A DNA stretch of 64,000 nucleotides. Origin: Promethearchaeia archaeon (lineage in GTDB: Archaea; Asgardarchaeota; Lokiarchaeia; Sigyniarchaeales; SOKP01). Numbering within the stretch: position 1 is the first letter of the stretch; the number at the start of each line of letters is the position of its first letter. The notes beneath the pieces were generated by a model. That model was not told the origin of the DNA. It was given only the letters and a program-made list of their open reading frames with translations, and made no database searches. Where the stretch lies: contig JAWOCD010000056.1 in the NCBI GenBank assembly GCA_046483985.1, positions 1 through 64,000 on the forward strand, given 5' to 3'. Positions 19,705 to 29,183 of this stretch are shown here, one piece after another. Made by a program: the position numbers and the translations under genes.

Positions 19705-20448
19705 ATGAAGAAAGAGAAATACGGATATACCTTTCAACAAAAATCCAAATATACCCGGGATAATTTACCACGTCATCAACTAGATTGGGTAAACAAACCC
19801 GATACTTATAAACAATATCCAGACGCATCTAAGAAAATCGAGCTTCCACCCCCCAAATATCAAAACAATACTGATTTCTGGCAAGTAATTATTCACAGGC
19901 ATTCAGTTAGAAACTTTAGCCAAGATCCCATCACCCTCATGGAATTAAGTGTCTTATTGTTTGGGATGTCTGGCGTTACAAGGAGGTCTCAGCATTCCGA
20001 CTATCGAACAGTCCCCAGTGCGGGCGCATTATATCCTATTGAAACATATCCGGTCATTAATAATGTGGAAAATACAGAAAACGGAATTTACCACTATAAT
20101 ATTCTCGAGCATTCGCTAGAATTTTTAGAACAAGGGGATTTCCGGAAACAGATGGCAAACGGATGTTTAGGACAGCAAATCGCATATAAGTCTGCAGTTA
20201 ATTTCATTTGGACGGCGGTGATTTCACGATCGAGGTGGAAATATCTTCAAAGATGCTACCGTTATATCTATTTGGATTGCGGACATATTGGACAGAACTT
20301 TTACTTGGTGGCTGAGGGTTTAGATTTAGGTGCGTGTACCATTGGTGCCATTTTCGATGATGAATTAAACAAGTTGTTAAAAATTGATGGAGAAGAAGAA
20401 ACGGCAATATATGTAGGAGTGGTAGGAAAAAAAGTAAAAAAGAGTTAG
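19705..20448 (+). CDS. SagB/ThcOx-family nitroreductase-fold dehydrogenase
   Basis: RHSVRNF, RTVPSAGALYPIE, KY..RCYRYIYLDCGHIGQN. Confidence 0.9.
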   Translation: MKKEKYGYTFQQKSKYTRDNLPRHQLDWVNKPDTYKQYPDASKKIELPPPKYQNNTDFWQVIIHRHSVRNFSQDPITLMELSVLLFGMSGVTRRSQHSDYRTVPSAGALYPIETYPVINNVENTENGIYHYNILEHSLEFLEQGDFRKQMANGCLGQQIAYKSAVNFIWTAVISRSRWKYLQRCYRYIYLDCGHIGQNFYLVAEGLDLGACTIGAIFDDELNKLLKIDGEEETAIYVGVVGKKVKKS

Positions 20449-20456
20449 ATAAAAAT

Positions 20457-20876
20457 TTAGAGTTTTCTCGATATTCGGGAAAGGGGATGACCCTTTGCTT
20501 TCATTTCTAATTCATTAAACCATCCAAACGGGGGCCTCAATACTTGATAATCATGCATTTTAAGTTCTCGCTCCAACTTTTTTAACGCTTTCAATGCAAA
20601 TTTCGGTGAGCTTAAATTAGCAAAAAGATGGGCAAAAGAGAGTACCACAATATTCTTAACGGCTAACTGCTTGGAAATTTTACGTATCTCTTCAAATGCT
20701 TTTTTTAGATACTTCTGATCAGATTCATCTTTCTTTTCAACGGAGATAAATAAGACAAGTACATTTTCTAGGCGTCCAGATTTATTATCCTCTGTTAGCT
20801 TCTCAATAAGGGGAGAACGACTTTTTTTAGTGGTAATATACTCAAAGAAATCACAATGAAATGATAAAAATCTCAT
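20457..20876 (-). CDS. Free-standing archaeal threonyl-tRNA synthetase editing domain
   Basis: MRFL.FHCD.FEY, FAHL, R.PFGW and KGHPLS.ISR, characteristic of the archaeal ThrRS N-terminal (DTD-like) editing domain. Confidence 0.88.
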   Translation of the reverse strand: MRFLSFHCDFFEYITTKKSRSPLIEKLTEDNKSGRLENVLVLFISVEKKDESDQKYLKKAFEEIRKISKQLAVKNIVVLSFAHLFANLSSPKFALKALKKLERELKMHDYQVLRPPFGWFNELEMKAKGHPLSRISRKL

Positions 20877-20985
20877 AGAGTGGATAAATCATCAAGAATA
20901 TTTATAAATTTAGAGTTCATTTTATTGATTGAAAGATTTATTAATTTTAAATGTCTTATAATGCAAAGCGAATCTCATTAGGATT

Positions 20986-21720
20986 ATGGAAAATAATGAA
21001 GAATGGTTTCAAAAAGTTAAAGAAAATAGAGATCCTACGGATATAAATAATTTTATCATTCACCTTTCCGAAGAAGTTAAAAAAGAGCATCTTTCTTATG
21101 TTAAATATTTAGTTGAAAATTTATCCGAAAAAAAATTAAAAAAAATTAATATCAATCTCGTCTTCTTAATCGGAGAATTAATAAAGGAAGGTTATGGAGA
21201 TGAGCAACTTATGGATTATCTTTTTAACTCATATTATAAATCAGACGTGTGGATTAGACGAGAAATCTTAAAATCTATATGTAAGATCGGTGAAGCAGAG
21301 GGGCTTTCAAAAATTTGGCGTCCACTTTTACAATCTGCCCTACGGGAAAATGATATGGAAATTAGACAAACCGCGATTGAGGCAATGACCTATTTAAATA
21401 TATTGACCCCAAAGCTATTTAAGAGTTTCTTGTATGCAATCAATCAAGCAACTCAAGAAGAAACAGAACAAATTAGCGATGTTCTTTCTCAACATATACC
21501 GACCAATGATAAATTATTTGCCTTACTGGATAAAAATCAAAACTATAAGGTCCTTGATAAAAAGGGAATTCGAACACTATTGATGACATTTTTTGAGTCG
21601 GTAATTAACTTAGAACCATTCCGTAAAAAAGTGGAAAAAGCAGAATGGGAAAAAAAGGGGAAACAAAAAGTCATAAATGAAATAGATGTAATGGAAAAAA
21701 TTTTATTACAAAATATTTAA
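20986..21720 (+). CDS. HEAT-repeat-like helical protein
   Basis: SDVWIRREILKSI and ENDMEIRQTAIEAM HEAT-type motifs. Confidence 0.65.
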   Translation: MENNEEWFQKVKENRDPTDINNFIIHLSEEVKKEHLSYVKYLVENLSEKKLKKININLVFLIGELIKEGYGDEQLMDYLFNSYYKSDVWIRREILKSICKIGEAEGLSKIWRPLLQSALRENDMEIRQTAIEAMTYLNILTPKLFKSFLYAINQATQEETEQISDVLSQHIPTNDKLFALLDKNQNYKVLDKKGIRTLLMTFFESVINLEPFRKKVEKAEWEKKGKQKVINEIDVMEKILLQNI

Positions 21721-22949
21721 TTCTTTAACCGTTCCTTAAATCTTTTGAGAACGGTACTGATATCTTCTTCAGCGTAAAGGATGTCATTAAATAATTGGAT
21801 TAATAATTTTATAATTTTACGTGGATTGCCGTTCGCCTCATAAAAAATATTTTTTAGGAGCTGTTTTGTGACTGGATAGTAAGGAGGGAGAGATCTAATA
21901 AAAGCGGGTGAAAAATCGAGATTTCGTAAAAATAAATTCATTTTCTGTTGATAAAATTCATAGATATCATGCTCTTCGAAGTTCGGCAAATAATAGGGGT
22001 TTTTCAAAGTTATTAGTAAACTTCGGTTCCTTTTTTCTATAATCTCTAAAATTTCATCAAATTTATCCAGAGAATTCAGACTAATGACCAGGGAAAGTCC
22101 GTCTATTTTATGTAAATTAAAAAAAACATCTAATACATTATCAGAATCAAGCGTATCGGACTGACCCTTATCTTCATCATAAAACCAGCTTGGATCATAA
22201 ATCTGAGACTTTCGTTGGGATGAAGGTTCCAAAATTGAGAGAATAGCTTCAAAATTATCAATGAATAACAATGTCTCTTCTTCAGAATGCTCAATTAATA
22301 ACTTTAACATAGTATAAGCATTATTTTCATCTTTTAAATCTTTGGAAAACCCCAATCGTGAAAGATCCCTCATGTCCATTAATTCTCCAAGAAGCCAATT
22401 TTCCGCCTCAATTTTTTTGTAGGGATCCAATTGATGTGCAGTAATTGCATTAATCCCATCGATTAAGGATACCTTATTATCAAATTTTTTCTTCAAGGCA
22501 TTGAACATATTTTCCCGCACTTTTTCAATATCGACAACATTAAAAAATCCAAACTTCTTACTCTGACCTCCGTATTTTTGTATAATTTCATTAGTTATCG
22601 CTCTTAAGTTTTCTACGCCGATATTTTCAATATATTCTGAATAGATATTATAGTAAAATTTGTTCCGAATATTTTCAAAGGAGATATAAAAACTATGGTA
22701 ATCCGGTAGTTTCATTTTCAGTGTCCAGTAGGTATGCGTTTTTCCAGCACCAACCCTTCCAATAAGAGGAAGAACACAGTTTCTGCTTTCCTTAATTGTA
22801 TCGACCATATTTTCTAAAAGCTCTTTTCGAGAAGAGACAATATCCAACTCTTCTTTTATTTCTCCCGTTGATACGAATCGCTTAAAGGGATTAATCCCGA
22901 TTTTCAAAACATTCAATAATTTGGCTTTCTTATTTTCGAACAAGAGCAT
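21717..22949 (-). CDS. P-loop NTPase, AAA+-like, function unknown
   Basis: Walker A GRVGAGKT, Walker B LLFIDNFE, C-terminal GNPR lid motif. Confidence 0.8.
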   Translation of the reverse strand: MLLFENKKAKLLNVLKIGINPFKRFVSTGEIKEELDIVSSRKELLENMVDTIKESRNCVLPLIGRVGAGKTHTYWTLKMKLPDYHSFYISFENIRNKFYYNIYSEYIENIGVENLRAITNEIIQKYGGQSKKFGFFNVVDIEKVRENMFNALKKKFDNKVSLIDGINAITAHQLDPYKKIEAENWLLGELMDMRDLSRLGFSKDLKDENNAYTMLKLLIEHSEEETLLFIDNFEAILSILEPSSQRKSQIYDPSWFYDEDKGQSDTLDSDNVLDVFFNLHKIDGLSLVISLNSLDKFDEILEIIEKRNRSLLITLKNPYYLPNFEEHDIYEFYQQKMNLFLRNLDFSPAFIRSLPPYYPVTKQLLKNIFYEANGNPRKIIKLLIQLFNDILYAEEDISTVLKRFKERLKN

Positions 22950-23340
22950 ATATTACTTAAGAGAGAGTTTTGAAATTTATATTTTACTTTTAAATTTTTT
23001 CAAAAATTTAAGCATCTTGCTGGAAAAACCCTCTCGATTTAATTTTGTTAATTATAGAAAAAAATATTCAATCTAAAAGAAGAGCGGCTTGACATGATTG
23101 ACATAATCCAGAAATTCGATATTCCTGAAGGGAATGCTCATCTCTAAAATCTGTGATAGGTCTCTGAAATTTAACGCATTTTTCGCTTAAGGGTAATTGG
23201 ATAGATTAATGTCATGCAGCGTGAATATGAAACTCTAGAAGAAGGGAGTTGACCCTCAACTGATGATTTACTTCGACTCATATCTCAATATGTGAAGAAA
23301 TAATTTAAAAAAAGCATGAGTTGTTACAGAAAATTAACTT

Positions 23341-23982
23341 TTACTCGTTAAGAGATTCTATCCCCAAAATAACAATATATTCGAGCACTTTATCATCTAC
23401 ATTAATATACGGCTCATAAGAAACAGATATATTATCATCGTTATCTCTTCCGACAATTAAACAATCATAAAATACGGGATCACCTCTATGATCAACAACA
23501 AGCCGATCTGCGATACATATTCCCCGAAATATTAATGCAATTGGGTTTTTAAGAATCTCTCCCTTGAAAAAATCGAGATGATTTATGCCGTATTTATAAT
23601 CATTGTAAAAAAGTCCTGCTGTATTGAGCAGATTAATAGTGTAGGGAAACGATTCCGAAAATTGCCCTTCATCATATTGTTCCATGATATCTTCAGGAAT
23701 TTTTACGGAATATTCTAACGGAATAGACCCTAGATCATCCCATCTAATGTCTCTCTTTCTTGAAAACGCAACCTTTTTCTTGGATTCTTCATCGAGTTTA
23801 AAACCAACTTGTAATCCCTCTGAGAGCTGAAAACCTTTTCTTTGTGAGATCCTTACATTATCTGAGAAAATAATTGAATTGTATTTATCTTTACATTTGG
23901 AAATAATAGAACCTGAAAAATTTCCAAATTTTCTACTTTTTCCGACCGTATCAAACAAAGTAATATTATTCGGGGAGCTCAT
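23341..23982 (-). CDS. Hypothetical protein
   Basis: 213-aa ATG ORF; no motif recognised. Confidence 0.65.
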   Translation of the reverse strand: MSSPNNITLFDTVGKSRKFGNFSGSIISKCKDKYNSIIFSDNVRISQRKGFQLSEGLQVGFKLDEESKKKVAFSRKRDIRWDDLGSIPLEYSVKIPEDIMEQYDEGQFSESFPYTINLLNTAGLFYNDYKYGINHLDFFKGEILKNPIALIFRGICIADRLVVDHRGDPVFYDCLIVGRDNDDNISVSYEPYINVDDKVLEYIVILGIESLNE

Positions 23983-24217
23983 TGGTTTTGAATTGATGAT
24001 ATGATTTCTATATAAAATAAATAAAAATTATGCTATTAATGTTTTAACTCTCTATAATATCTGAATATGTAATATATAAAGTATATAAAGCATTGATTTT
24101 CATAATTAATAAATAAGGTTTTTATACTAATATTTTGTATATATTAAGAAAGAACATTCAGCAAATATTAAACGATATGAATTTATATTTTATTTTTGAT
24201 TTATTTGGTGATCTTAT

Positions 24218-25462
24218 ATGGATATTTCTTCATTAAATCAAGACCTTAGTCAATTAAAGAAAAATGAATTATTGGAAAGAGCCTCTCAGTTTATTTTCTC
24301 AACGGGTTTAGATGATAGCGCCTCTCGATTATGTCAAGCTAATATGAAATACGGGCTCGCCAAGTTTCAGATTATCCAACAGAAGTATGGACTAGAGCCT
24401 AAAGCCACTTTTATTGGCTCTCCCGATGAAACGGTTACCCGAAATACAATAAGATGGGGATCGGGTTTAGGATATGGAGGGCGTCTCAATTGGGGAAATG
24501 GGGATGAAAAGCTAATTTTCTTAAGCGTAAAGCCAAACTGTTGCGGAATTCTTGTAGGAGGGCTTCAAGAAGTTCCGGATCCTTATGAAATAATAAAAAA
24601 GATTGATAAAATAAAGGATACGGATTTATATTATAAGGATATTTGTATAAACTGGGATTATGGAATAAGTAACCACTTTATTAATTGTTTTAAAACAAAA
24701 TGTCTCTCAGATGAGGATTTTCCTCCATATATGTTTATGATTCATGGTTCAGCTCCAGAATTTCGTGATGATAAATATGGTCTCGGACTGTATTTTGATA
24801 AATCAGAAACCCTAAGAGAGCGAGCAATTAAAGAAAAGACTAAATTCGGGAGTGAATATATTTTAACGGATACAGACGCAAAAGATTATCTCGATTTTAT
24901 ACAACGGGCAATTAAATTTTCAAATGTTAAACGGGAAATGATAGCAAACAATATTTTCGGGTACGATTATCAAATAATTTGTAACCAAGTGCACCAATTT
25001 CTCTCAGATTACAATAATATGTATTTGGGAACCAATTGTACCGATTTGAATAATCCCGTAGTTGAGAAAAATATATTCCCTGTTGCGTTGAGAGCGGATA
25101 TTGCAGCATATCTATTTAGAGGGAAAAAGAATTTATCCAATTCCACTATTAATAATTTGAAGTTCAGAAAACGGGCTGAAAAATTGGGTCTATTGGACCT
25201 TCTGAAAAATGCCCATATTCTCCCCCATGGCGGAGGGTATGTATTCCCTGATATTAAACGGGTTAGAGAAGTATTAGAATATAAAGACCAACGTTATTTT
25301 GTCTGTGAATTGAAAAGAAAATCAAACAGGTTAAAGATTATAAGAAATGTTAGCGATATTCAATACCAATATAGAGGGCGCGATGTAGTTTTAAAAACAC
25401 TTCAATTAGATCTGGGTAAAATGCTTGGAAGATTAAAACCTATATTCTCCTTAAAATTGTAA
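24218..25462 (+). CDS. Divergent RtcB-like (GTP/Mn-dependent RNA ligase fold) protein
   Basis: Motifs in RtcB order: SPD, PNCCG, SNHF, MIHGS, VHQ, PHGGG and terminal LKP...LK. Confidence 0.7.
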   Translation: MDISSLNQDLSQLKKNELLERASQFIFSTGLDDSASRLCQANMKYGLAKFQIIQQKYGLEPKATFIGSPDETVTRNTIRWGSGLGYGGRLNWGNGDEKLIFLSVKPNCCGILVGGLQEVPDPYEIIKKIDKIKDTDLYYKDICINWDYGISNHFINCFKTKCLSDEDFPPYMFMIHGSAPEFRDDKYGLGLYFDKSETLRERAIKEKTKFGSEYILTDTDAKDYLDFIQRAIKFSNVKREMIANNIFGYDYQIICNQVHQFLSDYNNMYLGTNCTDLNNPVVEKNIFPVALRADIAAYLFRGKKNLSNSTINNLKFRKRAEKLGLLDLLKNAHILPHGGGYVFPDIKRVREVLEYKDQRYFVCELKRKSNRLKIIRNVSDIQYQYRGRDVVLKTLQLDLGKMLGRLKPIFSLKL

Positions 25463-25496
25463 AAAAAAAGAACAAAAATTAAAAAGTAGAGAGACC

Positions 25497-27566
25497 CTAT
25501 TCGATTTTGGTTCCTGCAGATAAATCCTTATCAGGAGAGAGAACGGCAACTTTATCGCCTTCAACAGCTGCCAGCAGCATGCCTTCGCTCATGACTCCCC
25601 TTAACTCTTTTGGCTCAAGATTCGCTAGCATAACAATTCGTTTTCCTTTCAATTCTCTCGGTTCATAATAAGGTTTCAAACCCGCGGCTAAAGTACGTGT
25701 TTCATCGCCTAAATTCACAGTGAGTTTATATAGTTTATCTGCGTTAGGGACTTCTTCTACCGTTTCTACTATTGCTATCCGTAAATCAAGCTTTTGAAAA
25801 TCTTCGAAAGCAGCATATTCTTTTTCTTTCTTTTTTTTACTCATCTTTTCTTGCCTCAATTTTTTCAGCTTATCTTGAATTTTCTCGATATCTAATTTTT
25901 CAAAAAGCGGTTCTGGTTTATTAATTTTATGACCCTCTTGTATTGCATTTTCTGTAATATCTTCCCACCGGAGTTCATTAGGTTCTTTTGAGATATTCAA
26001 ATATTTTAAAATTCTTTCGGAAGTACTGGGGATAAAAGGGGCAAGCAAGATCGCCATTCCGTATACGGCTTGGGCACATAAATTGAAAACATGTCCAGCC
26101 GCCTCTTTGTTTTTCTTAATCACATGCCATGGAGCCTTATCATTAAGATAGACATTACATTCTTTTCCGAAAGTAGTTATCTCTCTTAGGGCTTTTTTTA
26201 ATTCAAACTTTTTAAGTAAGAGACTAACCTCTTTCTGGGTCTCAACTATCGAATCAATAAATTGTATATCCCGCTCATCATTGGTTAACTTTTTAGGTAC
26301 TTTCCTATCAAATCGGTCTTCAATAAATGTCAACGTCCTATGAATGAAATTTCCAATATTGTCGTTCAAGATCTTAACATTATTCTCAAACTCTGACCAT
26401 AGAAAGGAGGTATCGCTTTTCTCTGGTCTATTAATAATTAAATTAAATCTCCAATAGTCAACGGGAGCTAATTTTAACGCGTCATCTATCCAGATCCCCA
26501 CTCCTCGAGACTTGGAAAACTTATCATTTTCATACATCAAAAATTCTGTTGAGGATACATTATACGGGAGAACTAATTGATCAGCCGGTTGTTTATTCTT
26601 ATTATATGCTAAAATAAGTCCCGGAAAAACAATTAAATGAAAGATTATATTGTCTTTTCCTATGAAATATACCGATTTAGTATCTTCGTCCTTCCAGAAA
26701 TAATCAAATTTATCCGGATCTTTTTTAATCTTATCAGCCCATTCTTTGACCGCAGAAATGTACCCTAAAACTGCCTCAAACCATACATAAATACTTTTCT
26801 GATCCGCTCCTTCAAAAGGTGCGGGGATTCCCCATTCAAGGTCCCGTGTTATTGCTCGCTCCGGAATTCCTTCCTTAATACTGTTAAGACACATTTGACG
26901 AGCATTTTGGGGGATGATATTATTATCTTTAATCAAATCTTCTAATTTATTTTGAAGTTTAGGAAAATCCATATACCAATGTTTTGTTTGTCTCACTTCC
27001 GGTCGGTTCCCACAGATGGCACATCTTGGTTCCTTTAATTCCAATGGGGTTAAAATCTTACCGCATTCCGGATTGTCACATTGATCTCCTCGTGCCCCTT
27101 CATATCCACAATAAGGACAAGTCCCTTCCACGAATCTATCCGGGAGATACAAATTACACGTCTTACAATACAAGGAATCAATCTCTTTTTCCTTTACATA
27201 TCCATTTTTTTGCACATCCAGATAAAAATTCTGCACATAATCTATGTGCGTTGAATTATGGGTCTGGGTGTAATTATCGTAAGAGATTCTCCATTTTTTG
27301 AATAATTTTTTTATTTTCTTATGATTTTTTTTTGCCAATTCTTCTGCAGGAAGCGATAGTTTTTTAGCAGTTACCGCAACTGGCGTACCGTGCATGTCGG
27401 AGCCAGAAACAAATACTATATCGTCACCTTGCAATCTACAATAACGTGCAAAGACATCGGCTGATAAAACGCTCCCAATCAAATTTCCGAGATGAGGAAT
27501 TGCATTCACATATGGCCAAGCACTCGTAACAATCCATTTTTGCTTTTTAGTTTCTTTTTCTGTCAT
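25497..27566 (-). CDS. metG: Methionyl-tRNA synthetase with C-terminal tRNA-binding (Trbp/OB) domain
   Basis: PYVNAIPHLGN (HIGH), zinc knuckles, KFSKS (KMSKS), C-terminal DLRIA..ANLEP..LRG..SEGM. Confidence 0.97.
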   Translation of the reverse strand: MTEKETKKQKWIVTSAWPYVNAIPHLGNLIGSVLSADVFARYCRLQGDDIVFVSGSDMHGTPVAVTAKKLSLPAEELAKKNHKKIKKLFKKWRISYDNYTQTHNSTHIDYVQNFYLDVQKNGYVKEKEIDSLYCKTCNLYLPDRFVEGTCPYCGYEGARGDQCDNPECGKILTPLELKEPRCAICGNRPEVRQTKHWYMDFPKLQNKLEDLIKDNNIIPQNARQMCLNSIKEGIPERAITRDLEWGIPAPFEGADQKSIYVWFEAVLGYISAVKEWADKIKKDPDKFDYFWKDEDTKSVYFIGKDNIIFHLIVFPGLILAYNKNKQPADQLVLPYNVSSTEFLMYENDKFSKSRGVGIWIDDALKLAPVDYWRFNLIINRPEKSDTSFLWSEFENNVKILNDNIGNFIHRTLTFIEDRFDRKVPKKLTNDERDIQFIDSIVETQKEVSLLLKKFELKKALREITTFGKECNVYLNDKAPWHVIKKNKEAAGHVFNLCAQAVYGMAILLAPFIPSTSERILKYLNISKEPNELRWEDITENAIQEGHKINKPEPLFEKLDIEKIQDKLKKLRQEKMSKKKKEKEYAAFEDFQKLDLRIAIVETVEEVPNADKLYKLTVNLGDETRTLAAGLKPYYEPRELKGKRIVMLANLEPKELRGVMSEGMLLAAVEGDKVAVLSPDKDLSAGTKIE

Positions 27567-27661
27567 CTTTAAACGACCACTTTCACAATTTAAACTTAAA
27601 TCATTCTTAAAGCATATAGAGATATTTCTTGATATAAAGGCTTAATCCTTTTTAGTTTTTT

Positions 27662-28864
27662 TCACTCATTCTCAAAACTAATTTTTCTCCCGCATTTTCG
27701 GCAAGCCCTCACCTCTTTATAAACCTCCTGAAGGCAAGGTTCATGATAATACACTCCGCAATTCTCACACTGGAAGACTTTATACTCTCCGAGGAAAATA
27801 CTACGACAATAAACACAAGAGGCATTTATTTCATCTAGTTTATTTTCTGGAATTCTTCGCATTTTAGTGGTGTCTACTTGATCTTCATCAATAATCTGAA
27901 TTTTCTGTCCATTTTCCTTGGTTTTTCTACTTTTTGACTTATTTAAGAGTTTTAATGCCGATTTGGGAATTTCAATAAGAAAATAGCAAAAAGGACACCG
28001 AAGCACATGTTTATCATATTCTGATTTCTTAGCCCATCCCGCCGCGCATGATAAGTGCATAGGTCTGTCACATTGAGGACAAAATCGACCTTCGGTGTAA
28101 AAATCTGCATTGGTAATGGGTGATTTTGACATATGACATATTTGACATTTTTGTTTTTCTTTAGATTTTGCTCTCATCATTTCCCGTATCTCCATCACAG
28201 TCGGTCTTCTGAGTTCAAGTGCAATCCCTTTTACGAGAGGAGGGATTTCCTGTTGTTCTGATTGAGAAAAATAATCTTCGGTAGATTGGAGATTCTTTTT
28301 TGAGGCAAAGGCTTCGCCTGCGGTTAAAATAGCTTTAGTATTGGTAAAATAACCATATTCCCCACTCGTTTTATCGGCAATTTTTTTTAGAGTACTTGTC
28401 TTGTAATCTTGTGTTTTTCCAAGTTGACAAGTATCGATAAATATCCCAAGCCCCTTGGCGATTTTGAGCATTTTATCCAGTTCTTTGGATTCATAATTTA
28501 ATTTATTATCGCTAATAATGAAGATTCTGTGGACACGTCCTCCAAGCTTTCGCATTTCTGAAACCAGGAGTTGAAGAGAAAACGCTATACCTTCATGAAT
28601 CTTCCCTTTTCCTGAGATTTTTATCTTACTTAATGCTTCGGTTACACTATCCCCATTATAGGAGAATTTAGATAGTTTTTTCGTAATTTTTCCGAAAATA
28701 ACTAATGCAATTCTATCTTTTTGATCTATGGAAAATTTGGTATTGACAAAATTATTTATTGCTTTAGCGGCGACGGATAATCGTCTCGGTTTAAAATCTT
28801 TCCTAAGCATGGACCTTGAAGTATCCAATAACACTACGGTATCTTCCGTCTTATAATCTTGCAA
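27662..28864 (-). CDS. vWA (Ssl1/Rpn10-like) domain protein with two C4HC3 RING-variant/PHD-type zinc fingers
   Basis: LLDTSRSM..KDFKP.R MIDAS start; fingers CQIC..CPQC..HLSC...W..CPFC and CVYC..CENC..HEPC..CRKC. Confidence 0.85.
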   Translation of the reverse strand: MQDYKTEDTVVLLDTSRSMLRKDFKPRRLSVAAKAINNFVNTKFSIDQKDRIALVIFGKITKKLSKFSYNGDSVTEALSKIKISGKGKIHEGIAFSLQLLVSEMRKLGGRVHRIFIISDNKLNYESKELDKMLKIAKGLGIFIDTCQLGKTQDYKTSTLKKIADKTSGEYGYFTNTKAILTAGEAFASKKNLQSTEDYFSQSEQQEIPPLVKGIALELRRPTVMEIREMMRAKSKEKQKCQICHMSKSPITNADFYTEGRFCPQCDRPMHLSCAAGWAKKSEYDKHVLRCPFCYFLIEIPKSALKLLNKSKSRKTKENGQKIQIIDEDQVDTTKMRRIPENKLDEINASCVYCRSIFLGEYKVFQCENCGVYYHEPCLQEVYKEVRACRKCGRKISFENE

Positions 28865-28928
28865 GCTAACTCGTATTAGATATTTTTCTATATGATATAT
28901 TAATTATGTTATATCAATTTATTCTTAA

Positions 28929-29174
28929 TCGAACTACTCACGCTTGAAGGCATGAGATTCGTACTCCCTAATGCGAAATACACGCACTAGATAATATGGG
29001 ATGGGTCTGTTGTTTATTTAGTTTCAATTCTAAAGTATTAGTCCGAAGCATACATTTTATATAGGGTTTCCGTTATTTAAATCTTTTGGTTAAGGCGGTT
29101 CTTGGGCTAAAATTAGGGCAAAATTCAACCTCGCCCTAAAGATGGGGTATTCTTTTGCCTTTAATGATTAAATC
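28929..29174 (-). mobile_element. Non-autonomous IS200/IS605 (tnpB-type) internal-deletion derivative of about 245 bp
   Basis: Minus strand carries a left-end hairpin (29117-29159), TTTAAATA at 29074-29081, ATG 29051 encoding MLRTNTLELKLNKTT (TnpB-like N-terminus), and a right-end hairpin gaatctcatgccttcaagcgtgagtagttc. Confidence 0.75.
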
Positions 29175-29183
29175 TTATAAAAA

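Noticed and set aside
19705-20448. SagB-like gene as part of a RiPP cluster
   Set aside because: No YcaO, precursor peptide or transporter is adjacent; stand-alone SagB-type nitroreductases are common in archaea.
20986-22949. HEAT protein plus ATPase as a defence system
   Set aside because: The genes are convergent, not co-transcribed, and no nuclease or methylase partner is present.
23040-23305. Possible decayed HTH gene (..QREYETLEEGS*PSTDDLLRLISQYVKK)
   Set aside because: Short, interrupted and only weakly similar; cannot be supported.
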